Shown here one piece after another: positions 21,168-30,388 of a stretch of 42,148 nucleotides of DNA. Every line of letters begins with the position of its first letter. The stretch's first letter is position 1. The stretch comes from a virus: positions 1-42,148 of the IMG/VR virus record IMGVR_UViG_3300045988_085437; one strand, given 5' to 3'. The position numbers were made by a program, and so were the translations under genes. Below the pieces are notes generated by a model. The model made no database searches, had not been told where the DNA came from, and saw only the letters and a list, made by a program, of their open reading frames with translations.

Positions 21168-22904
21168 ATGAAGAAGTTTGACCCGACACCTCAGAAGGTG
21201 TCTGCAGAGTATCAGGCTGGGGTCCAGTTTAATCAGGGAATCCAACTGTATGACTGCGTGAATGTCAATGAGAACTTTTTCATCGGCAAGCAGTGGGAGG
21301 GAGTACATAGCAATGGCCTGCCGACGCCTGTTTTCAATTTCCTGAAACGTGTCGTTTTGTTTTCTGTGGCGAATGTGTCTACAGACAACCTAAAGCTCCA
21401 CGCAAAACCGCTGCCCTCCAACGGGAAGCTGACAGGGCAGGATGCGGAGATTTTGACAGACCTCTTGAATGACCAATTCCAGTCCATTTTCGAGTTCAAC
21501 AAAATGGGGGCCTGTATCCGCGAGTTTGCCAGGAACGCCGCGGTGGATGGGGACGGCTGTCTGTACACCTATTGGGACCCTGATGTAGAGACAGGGCAGC
21601 CAAGCAAGGGCGCAATCAAAACGGAAGTTTTGATGAACACACAGGTGCTGTTTGGAAATCCCAACAGCCGGGACGTTCAGAGTCAGCCCTATATCATGAT
21701 TGAACGCCGGATGCTGGTTCCTGAGGCCAAGAAGCGGGCAATCGCAAACGGCGTCAGTGAGGATGATGCGGACGGCATCACTGCTGACAGCAAGCAGAGC
21801 GGGGATAGCCGCATGGACGAGCTGGGCGGCAATAAAGTTACGGTCCTGCTGCGGCTGTGGCGGGATGACGAGAGCGGAACCATCCACGGCTATGAATGCA
21901 CACAGAATCAGGAGATCAAGCCCGAATGGGACCTTGGAATCAAGCTGTATCCCATCTCCTGGATGTCCTGGGACTTTGTACAGGACTGCTACCATGGGCA
22001 GGCCATGATTACAGGTCTCATTCCGAACCAGATTTTCGTAAACAAACTGTTTGCCATGTCCATGATCTCTCTGATGATGCTGGCCTACCCCAAGATCATC
22101 TTCGACAAGACGAAGGTCGCCAAGTGGAGCAACCGAGTGGGCGCGGCCATCGCCGTCAACGGCAGCGTGGAGAATGTGGCAAAGATTATCGACCCGGCTA
22201 CCATCTCTCCCCAGATTTCCCAGTTCATTGACCTTGCAATCTCCTACACGCAGCGGTTTTTGGGCGCTTCCGACGTGGCCCTTGGCGATACACGGCCCGA
22301 CAACACCTCCGCTATCATTGCCCTGCAGCGGGCGGCGGCGACTCCTATGGAGCTGACAAAGCAAACGCTGCTGCAGGCCATTGAAGACCAGGGCAGGATT
22401 TACATGGAGTTTATGGGCGAGTATTACGGGGACCGCTACGTGGAGATTCCTGTTGACCAGACAGCTCTAGGCGGCAACCGTGTGATGTTCACCATGCCGG
22501 GGGCTAATGGGAAGGTTTTGGCTCCGTTCGATTTTTCCAGCCTGAAGGACTACTACTTTACCGTGGACCTGGATGTGGGAGCATCTTCTTACTGGTCCGA
22601 AATCGCCTCTATGCAGACGCTGGACAATTTGCTGATGCAGGGCAAGATTTCCACAGTGGAGTATTTGAAGCGTCTGCCTGCCGGTCAGATCACAGACCGG
22701 GAGACGTTGATTGCGGTATTACAGGCAGACCAGCAGCGGCAGATGGCAATGGCGATGGGCGGCGCAGGCGGCAACTCCGGGAATGGGGGAGGCCCCGCGC
22801 CTGCCGGGCAGGAAAATCCACCGCTGCGGGGCGGCGCCGGATATGGGGCCTTGCAGCGGGTTATCAACCAGACGGGAGAAGTCCCGCAGGAAAGGGGGGC
22901 CTGA
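21168..22904 (+). CDS. Portal protein
   Basis: Supported by size (578 aa), the N-terminal NENFFIGKQWEGV...LPTPVFNFLKRVV portal-like motif and a Gly-rich C-terminal tail. Confidence 0.65.
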   Translation: MKKFDPTPQKVSAEYQAGVQFNQGIQLYDCVNVNENFFIGKQWEGVHSNGLPTPVFNFLKRVVLFSVANVSTDNLKLHAKPLPSNGKLTGQDAEILTDLLNDQFQSIFEFNKMGACIREFARNAAVDGDGCLYTYWDPDVETGQPSKGAIKTEVLMNTQVLFGNPNSRDVQSQPYIMIERRMLVPEAKKRAIANGVSEDDADGITADSKQSGDSRMDELGGNKVTVLLRLWRDDESGTIHGYECTQNQEIKPEWDLGIKLYPISWMSWDFVQDCYHGQAMITGLIPNQIFVNKLFAMSMISLMMLAYPKIIFDKTKVAKWSNRVGAAIAVNGSVENVAKIIDPATISPQISQFIDLAISYTQRFLGASDVALGDTRPDNTSAIIALQRAAATPMELTKQTLLQAIEDQGRIYMEFMGEYYGDRYVEIPVDQTALGGNRVMFTMPGANGKVLAPFDFSSLKDYYFTVDLDVGASSYWSEIASMQTLDNLLMQGKISTVEYLKRLPAGQITDRETLIAVLQADQQRQMAMAMGGAGGNSGNGGGPAPAGQENPPLRGGAGYGALQRVINQTGEVPQERGA

Positions 22905-22907
22905 TAC

Positions 22908-23222
22908 ATGGCTCTAGCGAGGTTTGAGAAGGACATGGCGATCATCTCCGCTCTGGACGATGAACCGAACGACGTGGGCGGCCTGACGGCTGCGGAGCTG
23001 AAAGCCAAATTTGACGAGGGCGGTCAGGCCATCAAACAGTTTTTGAATGAGACGCTGACACCGCAGATTGACTCCGAAAAGGCTGGCCGTGATGAATTGG
23101 AAGGGCTTGTCCTGGGGCAGATTCCGGATGGAACAATCACCGTTGAAAAGATGGCCCCATCGTTCTTTACGTCCATTCTGAACACTCAAATCCAAGTAAC
23201 CTACAACGGAGGTGGTAACTGA
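22908..23222 (+). CDS. Small tail/fibre-associated protein (104 aa)
   Basis: The LDDEPNDVGGLTAAELKAKFDEGGQAIKQFLNETL motif is common at the N-termini of Firmicute phage tail-fibre proteins. ATGA-type coupling to the fibre gene. Confidence 0.45.
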   Translation: MALARFEKDMAIISALDDEPNDVGGLTAAELKAKFDEGGQAIKQFLNETLTPQIDSEKAGRDELEGLVLGQIPDGTITVEKMAPSFFTSILNTQIQVTYNGGGN

Positions 23223-25648
23223 TGGCGCAGACACTTGGCAGCGTGGCGGTGGGGAGCATCGTCAAGATCGACGAGAACGGGAGCCCGGTAAACTACATCG
23301 TGGTGCATATCGGGAACCCGGATGTAAGACTGTATGGTAGTGCCTGTGACGGTGCGTGGTTGCTGCGGCAGGATATTGTGGAGAACGTCCAGTGGAACAG
23401 CACCAATGCAAACACACTTGTAGGCTCCACAATTATGTCTACGATGGCTGGGTATCTGGGAAGGTATGAAAGCCACATCCAGTCTGCCATCAAGACAGTG
23501 AAAATCCCATACCATCCAGGCAATGGAGGGCCTTTATGGGACATCAAAAGTGGAGAAAATGGTTTGGAGTGCAAGCTGTTTCCTCTTTGTGGATATGAGG
23601 TCGGCCTGTCTGGCATAAGTGGAGTTATGCCCATAGACGGCGCGAAGCTGGATTACTTCAAGAGTGGACTTGACACGGAAGCCAATAGCAAGCGGATTGC
23701 TAAACTGAATGGAGCCGCGGCTGCTTGGTGGCTTCGCTCTCCAGTTTCTACGAGCACAGACGGAAAGTTTTACGTCTTGCCCGATGGCAGCTTGGGCAGC
23801 ACCTCGGTAAACCCCTCTTATGGCGCCCTACCTGCCATGATTATGGACCCTACCATCCTGGTTTCGGATGATGGAACCGTTGGCGTTCCGGCGTCCCCCA
23901 CTGCCCTGACTGTGCCGATTCAGGTCATGCAGGGGCGGCAGATCACGGTGAGTTGGTCTGCCGTAGATGGAGTAAGCAGCTACATCCTGGAGCGCAAAGC
24001 GAACACGGACGCCGACTGGGTGCAAGTGTATTCCGGAGCGAACACGAGCTTTGAGGAAACGGTGGGCACCTGGACGAGCGTGCAGTACCGCGTCAAATCT
24101 CTCGCAAACGGGAAATATGGCGATTATACAACGAGCACATCTGTTTCCGTAGTCCCTCTTTCTGCCCTGGTGATTTCCGGGTCTGACGGCAGTTTGGGCA
24201 CTCTCACAAATGATGTACAGTATTCGGTGTCCTCCAGCGGAACTAGTACTTTGACGGTTACAGAAACCATCAACGGCGTCAACACTCGGACATACACGGC
24301 CACCAACGGAGCCGACAACAAGATTTCGGTGGTGGACTTGCCCACGGGAGCGGGCACCATCAAGATCACGGCTTCCACCAACCCCAGCAGCGGCGTGGTG
24401 AGCGTGACGCGGGAGTGGACGTACACCAAGGCGGCCATCACCTTCCCGGATGCCGGGAGCGTGGCGGACCTGACCCAACAAGGCAAGACCATCTGGGCCA
24501 AGACCATTGCGGAGGCGGTGAGAGCGCCCGGCATTTGGGGCGGAAACCTGGGGCTGGCGCTACAAAAGCTGGCCCGGAGTGTACTGTATAACCGGAGCCA
24601 GGCACCAAAGTATTCGGAGGTCACGGTCGATCTGGCAACGGCCAAGGAGGGAAACATCATCAGCCTGCCGGAGAATGGGCAAATGGTGGAGTTCTACGTC
24701 ACCAAGCACGATTACGAGAGCGGGCTGAATGGGGCTGGGCGGACGCTGGTGGTACGGAAAGATCTGTATATTGCACGTCCATGGGACACTGACGGAGTAA
24801 ATGCATATTCTACAAGTGATATCGATATATGGATGGAAAGCACCTACAAACCCATGCTCGATAGTTCTGTTCAGTCTGAAATTGGGACGACTAAAATTTA
24901 TTATACTCCCGGTAACGGAAATGATACAGTAACCACACTTGAAAGAGGAGTGTTCCAACTTTCCGCAACAGAAATGGGCGGGACAGGAGTAAATTTCAAT
25001 GTCGAAGGAACAGTGCTGCCTATTTCTGAAACATTGCAACAGGCATCAAATGGACCACAAATCATTTGGACAAGAACGCCAACGATTGGACGTACAAATA
25101 CGGCCATTTCTCTGAGCAGAAATCCAAATCCTTCTTTTGATAATACCTTTTGCACCGCTACACAGAAATGGTATTACCGCCCTGCCTTTACTCTTCCCTC
25201 TACCTTTGAGTCCACCTACTACGTCGGCAGTGACGGCACCGTCCACGACGAGCAGGAGTACGAGGAGGCGGGCACCCTCACGGACATTTCTGGCGGCGCT
25301 ATCCCCATAGTGAGCATCGAGACCGGGAGCTATGTCGGGACGGGCGCACTTGGTAATGCAAACCCATCATCGCTGACATTTTCTGCGCCTCCCGCCTTTT
25401 TGCTGATTTCAAATGGTGGCGCAAGCCACTTTATCCTAATGGATGTGGTCGCTTTGACAACTTCTTTTACTGCTAGAGCGTATTTGTATGTCGAAACAGA
25501 CGGCGCACTAAAAACTACTTCCACAGTTTACGCAAAAAGAGATGGTAACACAGTATCTTGGTATATAGACGAGGCAAAACCTTACGCACAATGTAACCAG
25601 CAAGGACTCGCATATACCTACTTAGCATTGTTGGGAGGTGCCGCATGA
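23222..25648 (+). CDS. Tail fibre / receptor-binding protein: two DUF6273-like modules plus an FN3 domain
   Basis: AAAWWLRSP...GALPAMIMD and IIWTRTPT...YYRPAFTLP motifs, plus FN3-like ITVSWSAVDGVSSYILERKANTDADWVQVYSG..VQYRVKS. Confidence 0.7.
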   Translation: MAQTLGSVAVGSIVKIDENGSPVNYIVVHIGNPDVRLYGSACDGAWLLRQDIVENVQWNSTNANTLVGSTIMSTMAGYLGRYESHIQSAIKTVKIPYHPGNGGPLWDIKSGENGLECKLFPLCGYEVGLSGISGVMPIDGAKLDYFKSGLDTEANSKRIAKLNGAAAAWWLRSPVSTSTDGKFYVLPDGSLGSTSVNPSYGALPAMIMDPTILVSDDGTVGVPASPTALTVPIQVMQGRQITVSWSAVDGVSSYILERKANTDADWVQVYSGANTSFEETVGTWTSVQYRVKSLANGKYGDYTTSTSVSVVPLSALVISGSDGSLGTLTNDVQYSVSSSGTSTLTVTETINGVNTRTYTATNGADNKISVVDLPTGAGTIKITASTNPSSGVVSVTREWTYTKAAITFPDAGSVADLTQQGKTIWAKTIAEAVRAPGIWGGNLGLALQKLARSVLYNRSQAPKYSEVTVDLATAKEGNIISLPENGQMVEFYVTKHDYESGLNGAGRTLVVRKDLYIARPWDTDGVNAYSTSDIDIWMESTYKPMLDSSVQSEIGTTKIYYTPGNGNDTVTTLERGVFQLSATEMGGTGVNFNVEGTVLPISETLQQASNGPQIIWTRTPTIGRTNTAISLSRNPNPSFDNTFCTATQKWYYRPAFTLPSTFESTYYVGSDGTVHDEQEYEEAGTLTDISGGAIPIVSIETGSYVGTGALGNANPSSLTFSAPPAFLLISNGGASHFILMDVVALTTSFTARAYLYVETDGALKTTSTVYAKRDGNTVSWYIDEAKPYAQCNQQGLAYTYLALLGGAA

Positions 25649-25965
25649 AATACCTGACCCCAACCCCCAACCCCTCCGGGGCGTATCCCGCCCCGCAGAG
25701 CAACCCGTTTAAGGACGCCATCCCCTTGACGGACGAGCAGGCGGAGACGGTCATCCAGTACAACGGCTTCGTAACCATCACCAGTTCTGAGGAAGAGTAC
25801 GAGGAGGGCTTCTTCCGCACGATCTACACCGTGGAGCCGAACACCGAAGCCTGGGAAGCGTGGAAGGAGTCTCTGCCGCCGGAGCCGGAGCCTGAACCGG
25901 CAACGGAGTATGTGACATACGGAGAACTGGCGGCGGCCATCTGGGAGGGGGTGAACGCAGTATGA
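25645..25965 (+). CDS. Hypothetical fibre-associated protein (106 aa)
   Basis: ATGA overlap. The C-terminal YGELAAAIWEGVNAV motif is common next to tail-fibre genes. Confidence 0.55.
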   Translation: MKYLTPTPNPSGAYPAPQSNPFKDAIPLTDEQAETVIQYNGFVTITSSEEEYEEGFFRTIYTVEPNTEAWEAWKESLPPEPEPEPATEYVTYGELAAAIWEGVNAV

Positions 25966-26429
25966 CGGACAAGCAGTTTGTACTTACCACCATGCGGGAC
26001 ACCGGGCTTGCGAGGGCACAGACCCTCCAGGCCCAGGCCCCGGACATGACCGGGACGGAGCTTTATGCCTCCGAAGAGTTTATCCCGAACTTCAAGGCGG
26101 CTGTGGCTGCCAAGAATATGCTGGAACGCAAGGCGGGCTTTGTCTGCTGTTCCACAGCGGGGCGTGTGGTGCGTCTCCTCCAGCCCTATGACAGCACTAT
26201 CTACAACACCCAAGAGCCGGAGGACCTGCCCGCACAGTGGGGCTTTGTGTGGTCCACAGACCCGGCCAAGGCCCTGCCGTTTATCGCTGTCTCCACTTCG
26301 CCGTATATGACCGGGGACTGCTGCACCTATGACGGTCATGTCTGGCGGTCCGGTCAGGACAACAACGTGTGGGAACCCGGAAGCGTGGGCGTGAAGTGGG
26401 AGGACCTGGGGGAGGTGTCCAATGGCTGA
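25962..26429 (+). CDS. Hypothetical protein with a CBM5/12-like carbohydrate-binding C-terminus
   Basis: YMTGDCCTYDGHVWRSGQDNNVWEPGSVGVKWEDLG resembles a chitin-binding type-3 motif. Confidence 0.45.
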   Translation: MTDKQFVLTTMRDTGLARAQTLQAQAPDMTGTELYASEEFIPNFKAAVAAKNMLERKAGFVCCSTAGRVVRLLQPYDSTIYNTQEPEDLPAQWGFVWSTDPAKALPFIAVSTSPYMTGDCCTYDGHVWRSGQDNNVWEPGSVGVKWEDLGEVSNG

Positions 26430-26751
26430 CGAGAAGTGTATCCTGGACCCGCAGAGGGATTGCCTGGGCCTCCAGAAAGCCAACATGCTGGAAAAGCAGA
26501 TGTCGGAATGGCGGGAGGCATCCCGCAGCACCCACAAAGAACTCTTTGACCGGATGCGGGAACTGGAAAAGGCGGAGGCCGCCCGGAATGAGCAGTACGA
26601 CAATATCATGGAGAAGCTGGACCGGCTGATCGCATGGCAGGAGGCCGAGCAGGCCAAGCCGAAAAAGCGGTGGGAGGCCATCGTGGACAAGTCCGTATGG
26701 GCGGTGCTGGCGGCTGTGATTGCGTTTATTTTGGCCCGCATTGGGCTGTAA
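26422..26751 (+). CDS. XhlA-like lysis-associated membrane protein
   Basis: Coiled-coil N-terminus plus a single C-terminal TM helix (VWAVLAAVIAFILARIGL). It lies upstream of the holin/endolysin genes. Confidence 0.45.
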   Translation: MADEKCILDPQRDCLGLQKANMLEKQMSEWREASRSTHKELFDRMRELEKAEAARNEQYDNIMEKLDRLIAWQEAEQAKPKKRWEAIVDKSVWAVLAAVIAFILARIGL

Positions 26752-26769
26752 TTTGAAAGGAGCTTACTT

Positions 26770-27105
26770 ATGACTACCAACGAAATCTTGAACAAGTACA
26801 CCACTGGCGAAATGACCCTGCCCGAGGCGAACGAGGCTCTGAAAGAGGCAGGCGCGGGCTTTACCCTGGACCCCAACCGCAACGTCATCACTCAGGAGGA
26901 GTTTGTGGCGACCACTGCGGGGGAGACCCCCGATACCGTCAACGGCTATGGCCTGATGGACCACGGCGTAGGCTGCATGGAGAAGGTCCATGTGGTGAAC
27001 GGCAAGACCGTGGATGTGAACATGGGCGCCGAGACCGCCTACGTGTACATCGCAGGGAAGAAGTACGAGCTGAAGGGCGACACCCTGGCAGAGCCGGAGG
27101 GCTGA
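26770..27105 (+). CDS. Hypothetical protein (111 aa)
   Basis: GAAAGGAG RBS. Clean ORF. Confidence 0.55.
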   Translation: MTTNEILNKYTTGEMTLPEANEALKEAGAGFTLDPNRNVITQEEFVATTAGETPDTVNGYGLMDHGVGCMEKVHVVNGKTVDVNMGAETAYVYIAGKKYELKGDTLAEPEG

Positions 27106-27106
27106 T

Positions 27107-27322
27107 ATGGAAACACTGCAAAAACGCCTCGGAAACCTGCTGACAGTGAAGTCCATCGTCACCATCGTTTTGACGGCGGTGTTTGCCTACCTGACCTGCA
27201 CCGGCGGCGTGACGGCGGAGCAGTTCTTGACGGTGTTCACCGTGGTGATTGCCTTCTATTTCGGGACTCAGGCAGAGAAGAAAGCGCAGGCGGACAATGG
27301 CAACAGTACGGGAACTACTTGA
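27107..27322 (+). CDS. Holin (2 TM)
   Basis: 71 aa with two TM helices and a charged C-terminus. It overlaps the endolysin start. Confidence 0.7.
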   Translation: METLQKRLGNLLTVKSIVTIVLTAVFAYLTCTGGVTAEQFLTVFTVVIAFYFGTQAEKKAQADNGNSTGTT

Positions 27323-27914
27323 CATCGCCCGTGGAGAGCTGGGGTACAAAGAGACTCCAGCCAACTCCAACCGGACGAAATACGGCGCGTGGTACGGCCT
27401 GGACGGCCAGCCCTGGTGCGTGATGTTTGTGGAGTGGGTCTTTGCCCAGGCGGGCGTCAAGCTGCCCATTGAGACGGCCTCCTGCACAATCTTAATGAAC
27501 GCCGCAAAGTCCGCCGGGAACTGGGTAACATCCAACTACCAGCCCGGAGACGTAGTGATCTACGACTGGGGCGGGGACAAGCGCCCGGACCACTGCGGCA
27601 TCGTGGAGGCGGTTGGTGGCAGTTCCATCACGGCCATCGAGGGCAACACCGCCATTGGCAACGACAGCGACGGGGGAGAGGTCATGCGCCGGACCCGGAC
27701 TCTTGGGCAGATTTTAGGGGCTGTACGGCCCGCCTATGACAAGGAGGTCACTATGGACAATACACCGTCTCCCGCCCACAAGGAGGGCGTGGAATGGGCC
27801 ATTGCAAACGGCATCCTGACGGGCGACAGCGAAGGGGACCTAATGCTCTCCCAGCCTGTTACCCGGCAGCAGATGTGTACGATGCTGTACCGAATGTGGA
27901 AGCTGATGGAATAA
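27297..27914 (+). CDS. Endolysin: CHAP/NlpC-P60-type amidase plus an SLH-like wall-binding repeat
   Basis: Contains KYGAWYGLDGQPWCVMFVEWVF (catalytic Cys), PDHCGIVE (His) and a C-terminal EGVEWAIANGILTGDSEGDLMLSQPVTRQQMCTMLYRM. The ATG at 27297 was trimmed from track ORF 27249. Confidence 0.88.
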   Translation: MATVRELLDIARGELGYKETPANSNRTKYGAWYGLDGQPWCVMFVEWVFAQAGVKLPIETASCTILMNAAKSAGNWVTSNYQPGDVVIYDWGGDKRPDHCGIVEAVGGSSITAIEGNTAIGNDSDGGEVMRRTRTLGQILGAVRPAYDKEVTMDNTPSPAHKEGVEWAIANGILTGDSEGDLMLSQPVTRQQMCTMLYRMWKLME

Positions 27915-27936
27915 CAGGAAAGAAGGACGTGAGACT

Positions 27937-28188
27937 GTGAGCACAAGAGTGAAACTGCCTGATCCGCTGGATAAGCTCTTGCGCTCTCAGCTTGAGAGAG
28001 CCATCTATGAAGCCGCCTTACACGAAGATGACGAATTTATAGCGAAACGGCGTATCATTGATAAGGTAGGCCAAATCGAAGTTGCCACCGATCTCGGTTG
28101 GTATCGCGGCGCTGTTAGTACTCATGAAAAGTACATCTTTCAACGGGTTGCCGATGTAGCAAAGCGGCTTTATCCAAACTCAGCATAA
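27937..28188 (+). CDS. Small HTH protein (sigma region-4-like)
   Basis: GTG start. KRRIIDKVGQIEVATDLGWYRGAVSTHEKYIFQRV is HTH-like. AT-richer than the surroundings. Confidence 0.45.
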   Translation: MSTRVKLPDPLDKLLRSQLERAIYEAALHEDDEFIAKRRIIDKVGQIEVATDLGWYRGAVSTHEKYIFQRVADVAKRLYPNSA

Positions 28189-28210
28189 ATCAAGCATAAG
28201 TCTTACATAA

Positions 28211-28245
28211 CCCCGACTGGGACCACCCCCAGCCGGGGATTTTTT
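28211..28245 (+). terminator. Rho-independent terminator
   Basis: CCCCGACTGG-8 nt-CCAGCCGGGG followed by ATTTTTT. Confidence 0.7.
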
Positions 28246-28346
28246 GTGAGAAAATTTAAGCATGGAGGACGTAAGGGACAAGGGCTGGTACACGTCGCCG
28301 CCCTCCTTGCGGCCTCCTGATTTCTTAACATAAGGACGTGTTTGAT

Positions 28347-28517
28347 TTGATTTTGAATGGTTCAGAACTGGTGGCCCGGCTGGTGGCCTGCGGCTTCACG
28401 GAATCCAGCTCGTGGGACATCTGCATGAAATATGCCACTGACGGAAATTACTCCGGCCTGGAAGGATACATCCACCAGCAGGAGCTTTTGTATGATGACC
28501 GAAAGCAATATGTTTGA
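28347..28517 (+). CDS. Possible small ORF (56 aa, TTG start, below the track cutoff)
   Basis: My own translation: (M)ILNGSELVARLVACGFTESSSWDICMKYATDGNYSGLEGYIHQQELLYDDRKQYV. AAGGA lies 9 nt upstream. Confidence 0.3.
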   Translation: MILNGSELVARLVACGFTESSSWDICMKYATDGNYSGLEGYIHQQELLYDDRKQYV

Positions 28518-28872
28518 ATTTTACAATCCGAACCCCTACGAGAAAAATGTGGGGGATTGTACCGTCCGGGCCATCTCGAAGGCGCTGGAGCAGGACTGGT
28601 ACAGGACATACCTTGGTCTCTGCATTGAGGGTGCTGTGAGAGGTGATATGCCAAGCGCAAACGCCACATGGGGGGCTTATCTCCGGCGGCATGGCTTTCA
28701 GCGTGACATGGCGCCCGAGGATATGACCGTGGCGGAGTTTGCGATGGGGCATCCAAACGGGACTTACATTCTGGCCCTGTCCGGCCATGTGGTATGCCTG
28801 CAGGATGGTGTGATCTACGATACATGGCACAGTGAACACGAAACTGTGCTGTACTACTGGCAGAAAGGATGA
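28492..28872 (+). CDS. Hypothetical Cys/His protein (papain-like peptidase fold candidate)
   Basis: GDCTVRAISKAL ... LSGHVVCLQDGVIYDTWHS gives a Cys...His spacing like C39/NlpC-type enzymes. ATG at 28492 follows CAGGAG. Confidence 0.4.
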   Translation: MMTESNMFEFYNPNPYEKNVGDCTVRAISKALEQDWYRTYLGLCIEGAVRGDMPSANATWGAYLRRHGFQRDMAPEDMTVAEFAMGHPNGTYILALSGHVVCLQDGVIYDTWHSEHETVLYYWQKG

Positions 28873-28878
28873 CGTGAG

Positions 28879-29286
28879 ATGCCGAACTATCCCTATTACT
28901 ATCAGCCGTACCAACCGTATCAGCCGCCTATGGCGGACCAGCTGACGCAGCTGCGGCAGTCCTATCAACCCATGCAGCAGCCGCAGCAAGCCCCGGCATC
29001 TCCGTCTATTGTGTGGGTGCAGAGTGAGATGGAGGCGGCAAATTATCTGGTGGCGCCTAACTCTGCCGTTACCTTGTGGGACAGTAACGCCCCAGTGGTC
29101 TATCTCAAACAGGCGGACGCGAGCGGGAAGCCGTCCATGAAGATATATGACCTCGTGGAACGCAATCAGCGGACTGCACAGGCCCCGCAGGCTCCGGCGG
29201 TAGAGTATGCGCCCCTGTCTCGTCTGGAGGCGTTGGAGGCCCGCCTGGATGCGCTGGCGGCAAAAGATAAGGAGGATGCAGAATGA
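28879..29286 (+). CDS. Hypothetical protein with a P/Y/Q-rich N-terminus
   Basis: Starts MPNYPYYYQPYQPYQPP..., followed by a globular core and a C-terminal coiled coil. Confidence 0.55.
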   Translation: MPNYPYYYQPYQPYQPPMADQLTQLRQSYQPMQQPQQAPASPSIVWVQSEMEAANYLVAPNSAVTLWDSNAPVVYLKQADASGKPSMKIYDLVERNQRTAQAPQAPAVEYAPLSRLEALEARLDALAAKDKEDAE

Positions 29287-29504
29287 ACCCGTTTTATCAG
29301 GCTATGGGCGGCAACAGACAGCCCAACATGATGCAGCAGTTTCAATCCTTCATGCAGCAGATGCGGGGCAAAGACCCCAACGCCATGATACAAGAGATGG
29401 TATCCTCTGGACGCATTTCCCAAGATCAGCTCAACCAAGTCCAGAATCAGGCCCAGCAGATGCAGGGCATGTTTGAGGGGATGCGGAGCATGTTCGGTAA
29501 ATAA
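29283..29504 (+). CDS. Hypothetical Q/M-rich small protein
   Basis: ATGA overlap. 73 aa of low complexity. Confidence 0.5.
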   Translation: MNPFYQAMGGNRQPNMMQQFQSFMQQMRGKDPNAMIQEMVSSGRISQDQLNQVQNQAQQMQGMFEGMRSMFGK

Positions 29505-29560
29505 CTTCGATCAAAATCCCGGCCGGGTTTTGAAAATAAATCTACAAAGGAGATAACACA

Positions 29561-30292
29561 ATGAGTCTTTCTTCTGACGGCGCTGTGATGACCATGCCCG
29601 TGACTCCTGCCTATCAGGGCGGAAACGGCGGTTTCGGCGGCTGGGGCGGCGATTGGGCCTCCTGGATCATCCTGTTCCTGATCTTCGGCATGTTCGGCTG
29701 GGGCGGCTATGGCGGCGGCTGGGGTGGTAACTCCGGCAATGGCCTGGGTTCTCCCTCTGGTCAGGGTTGGGCCACCAGGGCCGACATCAACGAGGGCTTC
29801 GCCCTGAACGGCCTCCAGAACGGCCAGACCTCCATCCGAGATGCCGTGAGCAACGGCTTCCACGGCGTGGATACCGCTGTGTGCAACCTGGGCTATCAGA
29901 CGCAGGCGGGCTTTAACGCCATCGGCGCCCAGCTGGCGCAGTGCTGCTGCGATACCCAGCGGAGCATTGATGGCGTCCGCTATGACATGGCTACCCAGGC
30001 CTGCGATACCCGCAACACCATCCAGAACAGCACGCGGGACATCATCGACAACGCCAACGCCAACAGCAGAGCGATCCTGGACTTCCTGACCCAGGACAAG
30101 ATCGCTACTCTGACGGCTGAAAACCAGAGCCTGAAGTTCCAGGCTTCCCAGGCGGCTCAGAACGCTTTCTTCACCGCTAATCAGGAGGCCCAGACCGCTG
30201 AACTGATCCGCCGAATCAATCCCATGCCTGTCCCGGCCTATCAGGTGCCCAATCCTTATGCCGGATGTGGGTGCAATCCCTGCGGCTGCTAA
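29561..30292 (+). CDS. Gly/Trp-rich membrane protein with a Cys-rich C-terminal tail
   Basis: Contains GGNGGFGGWGGDWASWIILFLIFGMFGWGGYGGGWGGN and ends PYAGCGCNPCGC. AAAGGAG RBS. Hairpins flank the gene. Confidence 0.6.
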   Translation: MSLSSDGAVMTMPVTPAYQGGNGGFGGWGGDWASWIILFLIFGMFGWGGYGGGWGGNSGNGLGSPSGQGWATRADINEGFALNGLQNGQTSIRDAVSNGFHGVDTAVCNLGYQTQAGFNAIGAQLAQCCCDTQRSIDGVRYDMATQACDTRNTIQNSTRDIIDNANANSRAILDFLTQDKIATLTAENQSLKFQASQAAQNAFFTANQEAQTAELIRRINPMPVPAYQVPNPYAGCGCNPCGC

Positions 30293-30356
30293 AACCCAAT
30301 ACATCAACTTGTAAGAAAGGCTTACATGTTCGGCCCCGTGCCGATTTTGAACCATG

Positions 30357-30388
30357 CGGCGGGGGCAATAGCCTCCGCCGACTTTTTT
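30357..30388 (+). terminator. Rho-independent terminator
   Basis: CGGCGG(g)GG..CC(t)CCGCCG followed by ACTTTTTT. Confidence 0.55.

Noticed and set aside
23222-25648. A diversity-generating retroelement targeting the tail-fibre tip.
   Set aside because: There is no reverse transcriptase ORF anywhere in the window and no second (template) copy of the fibre 3' region.
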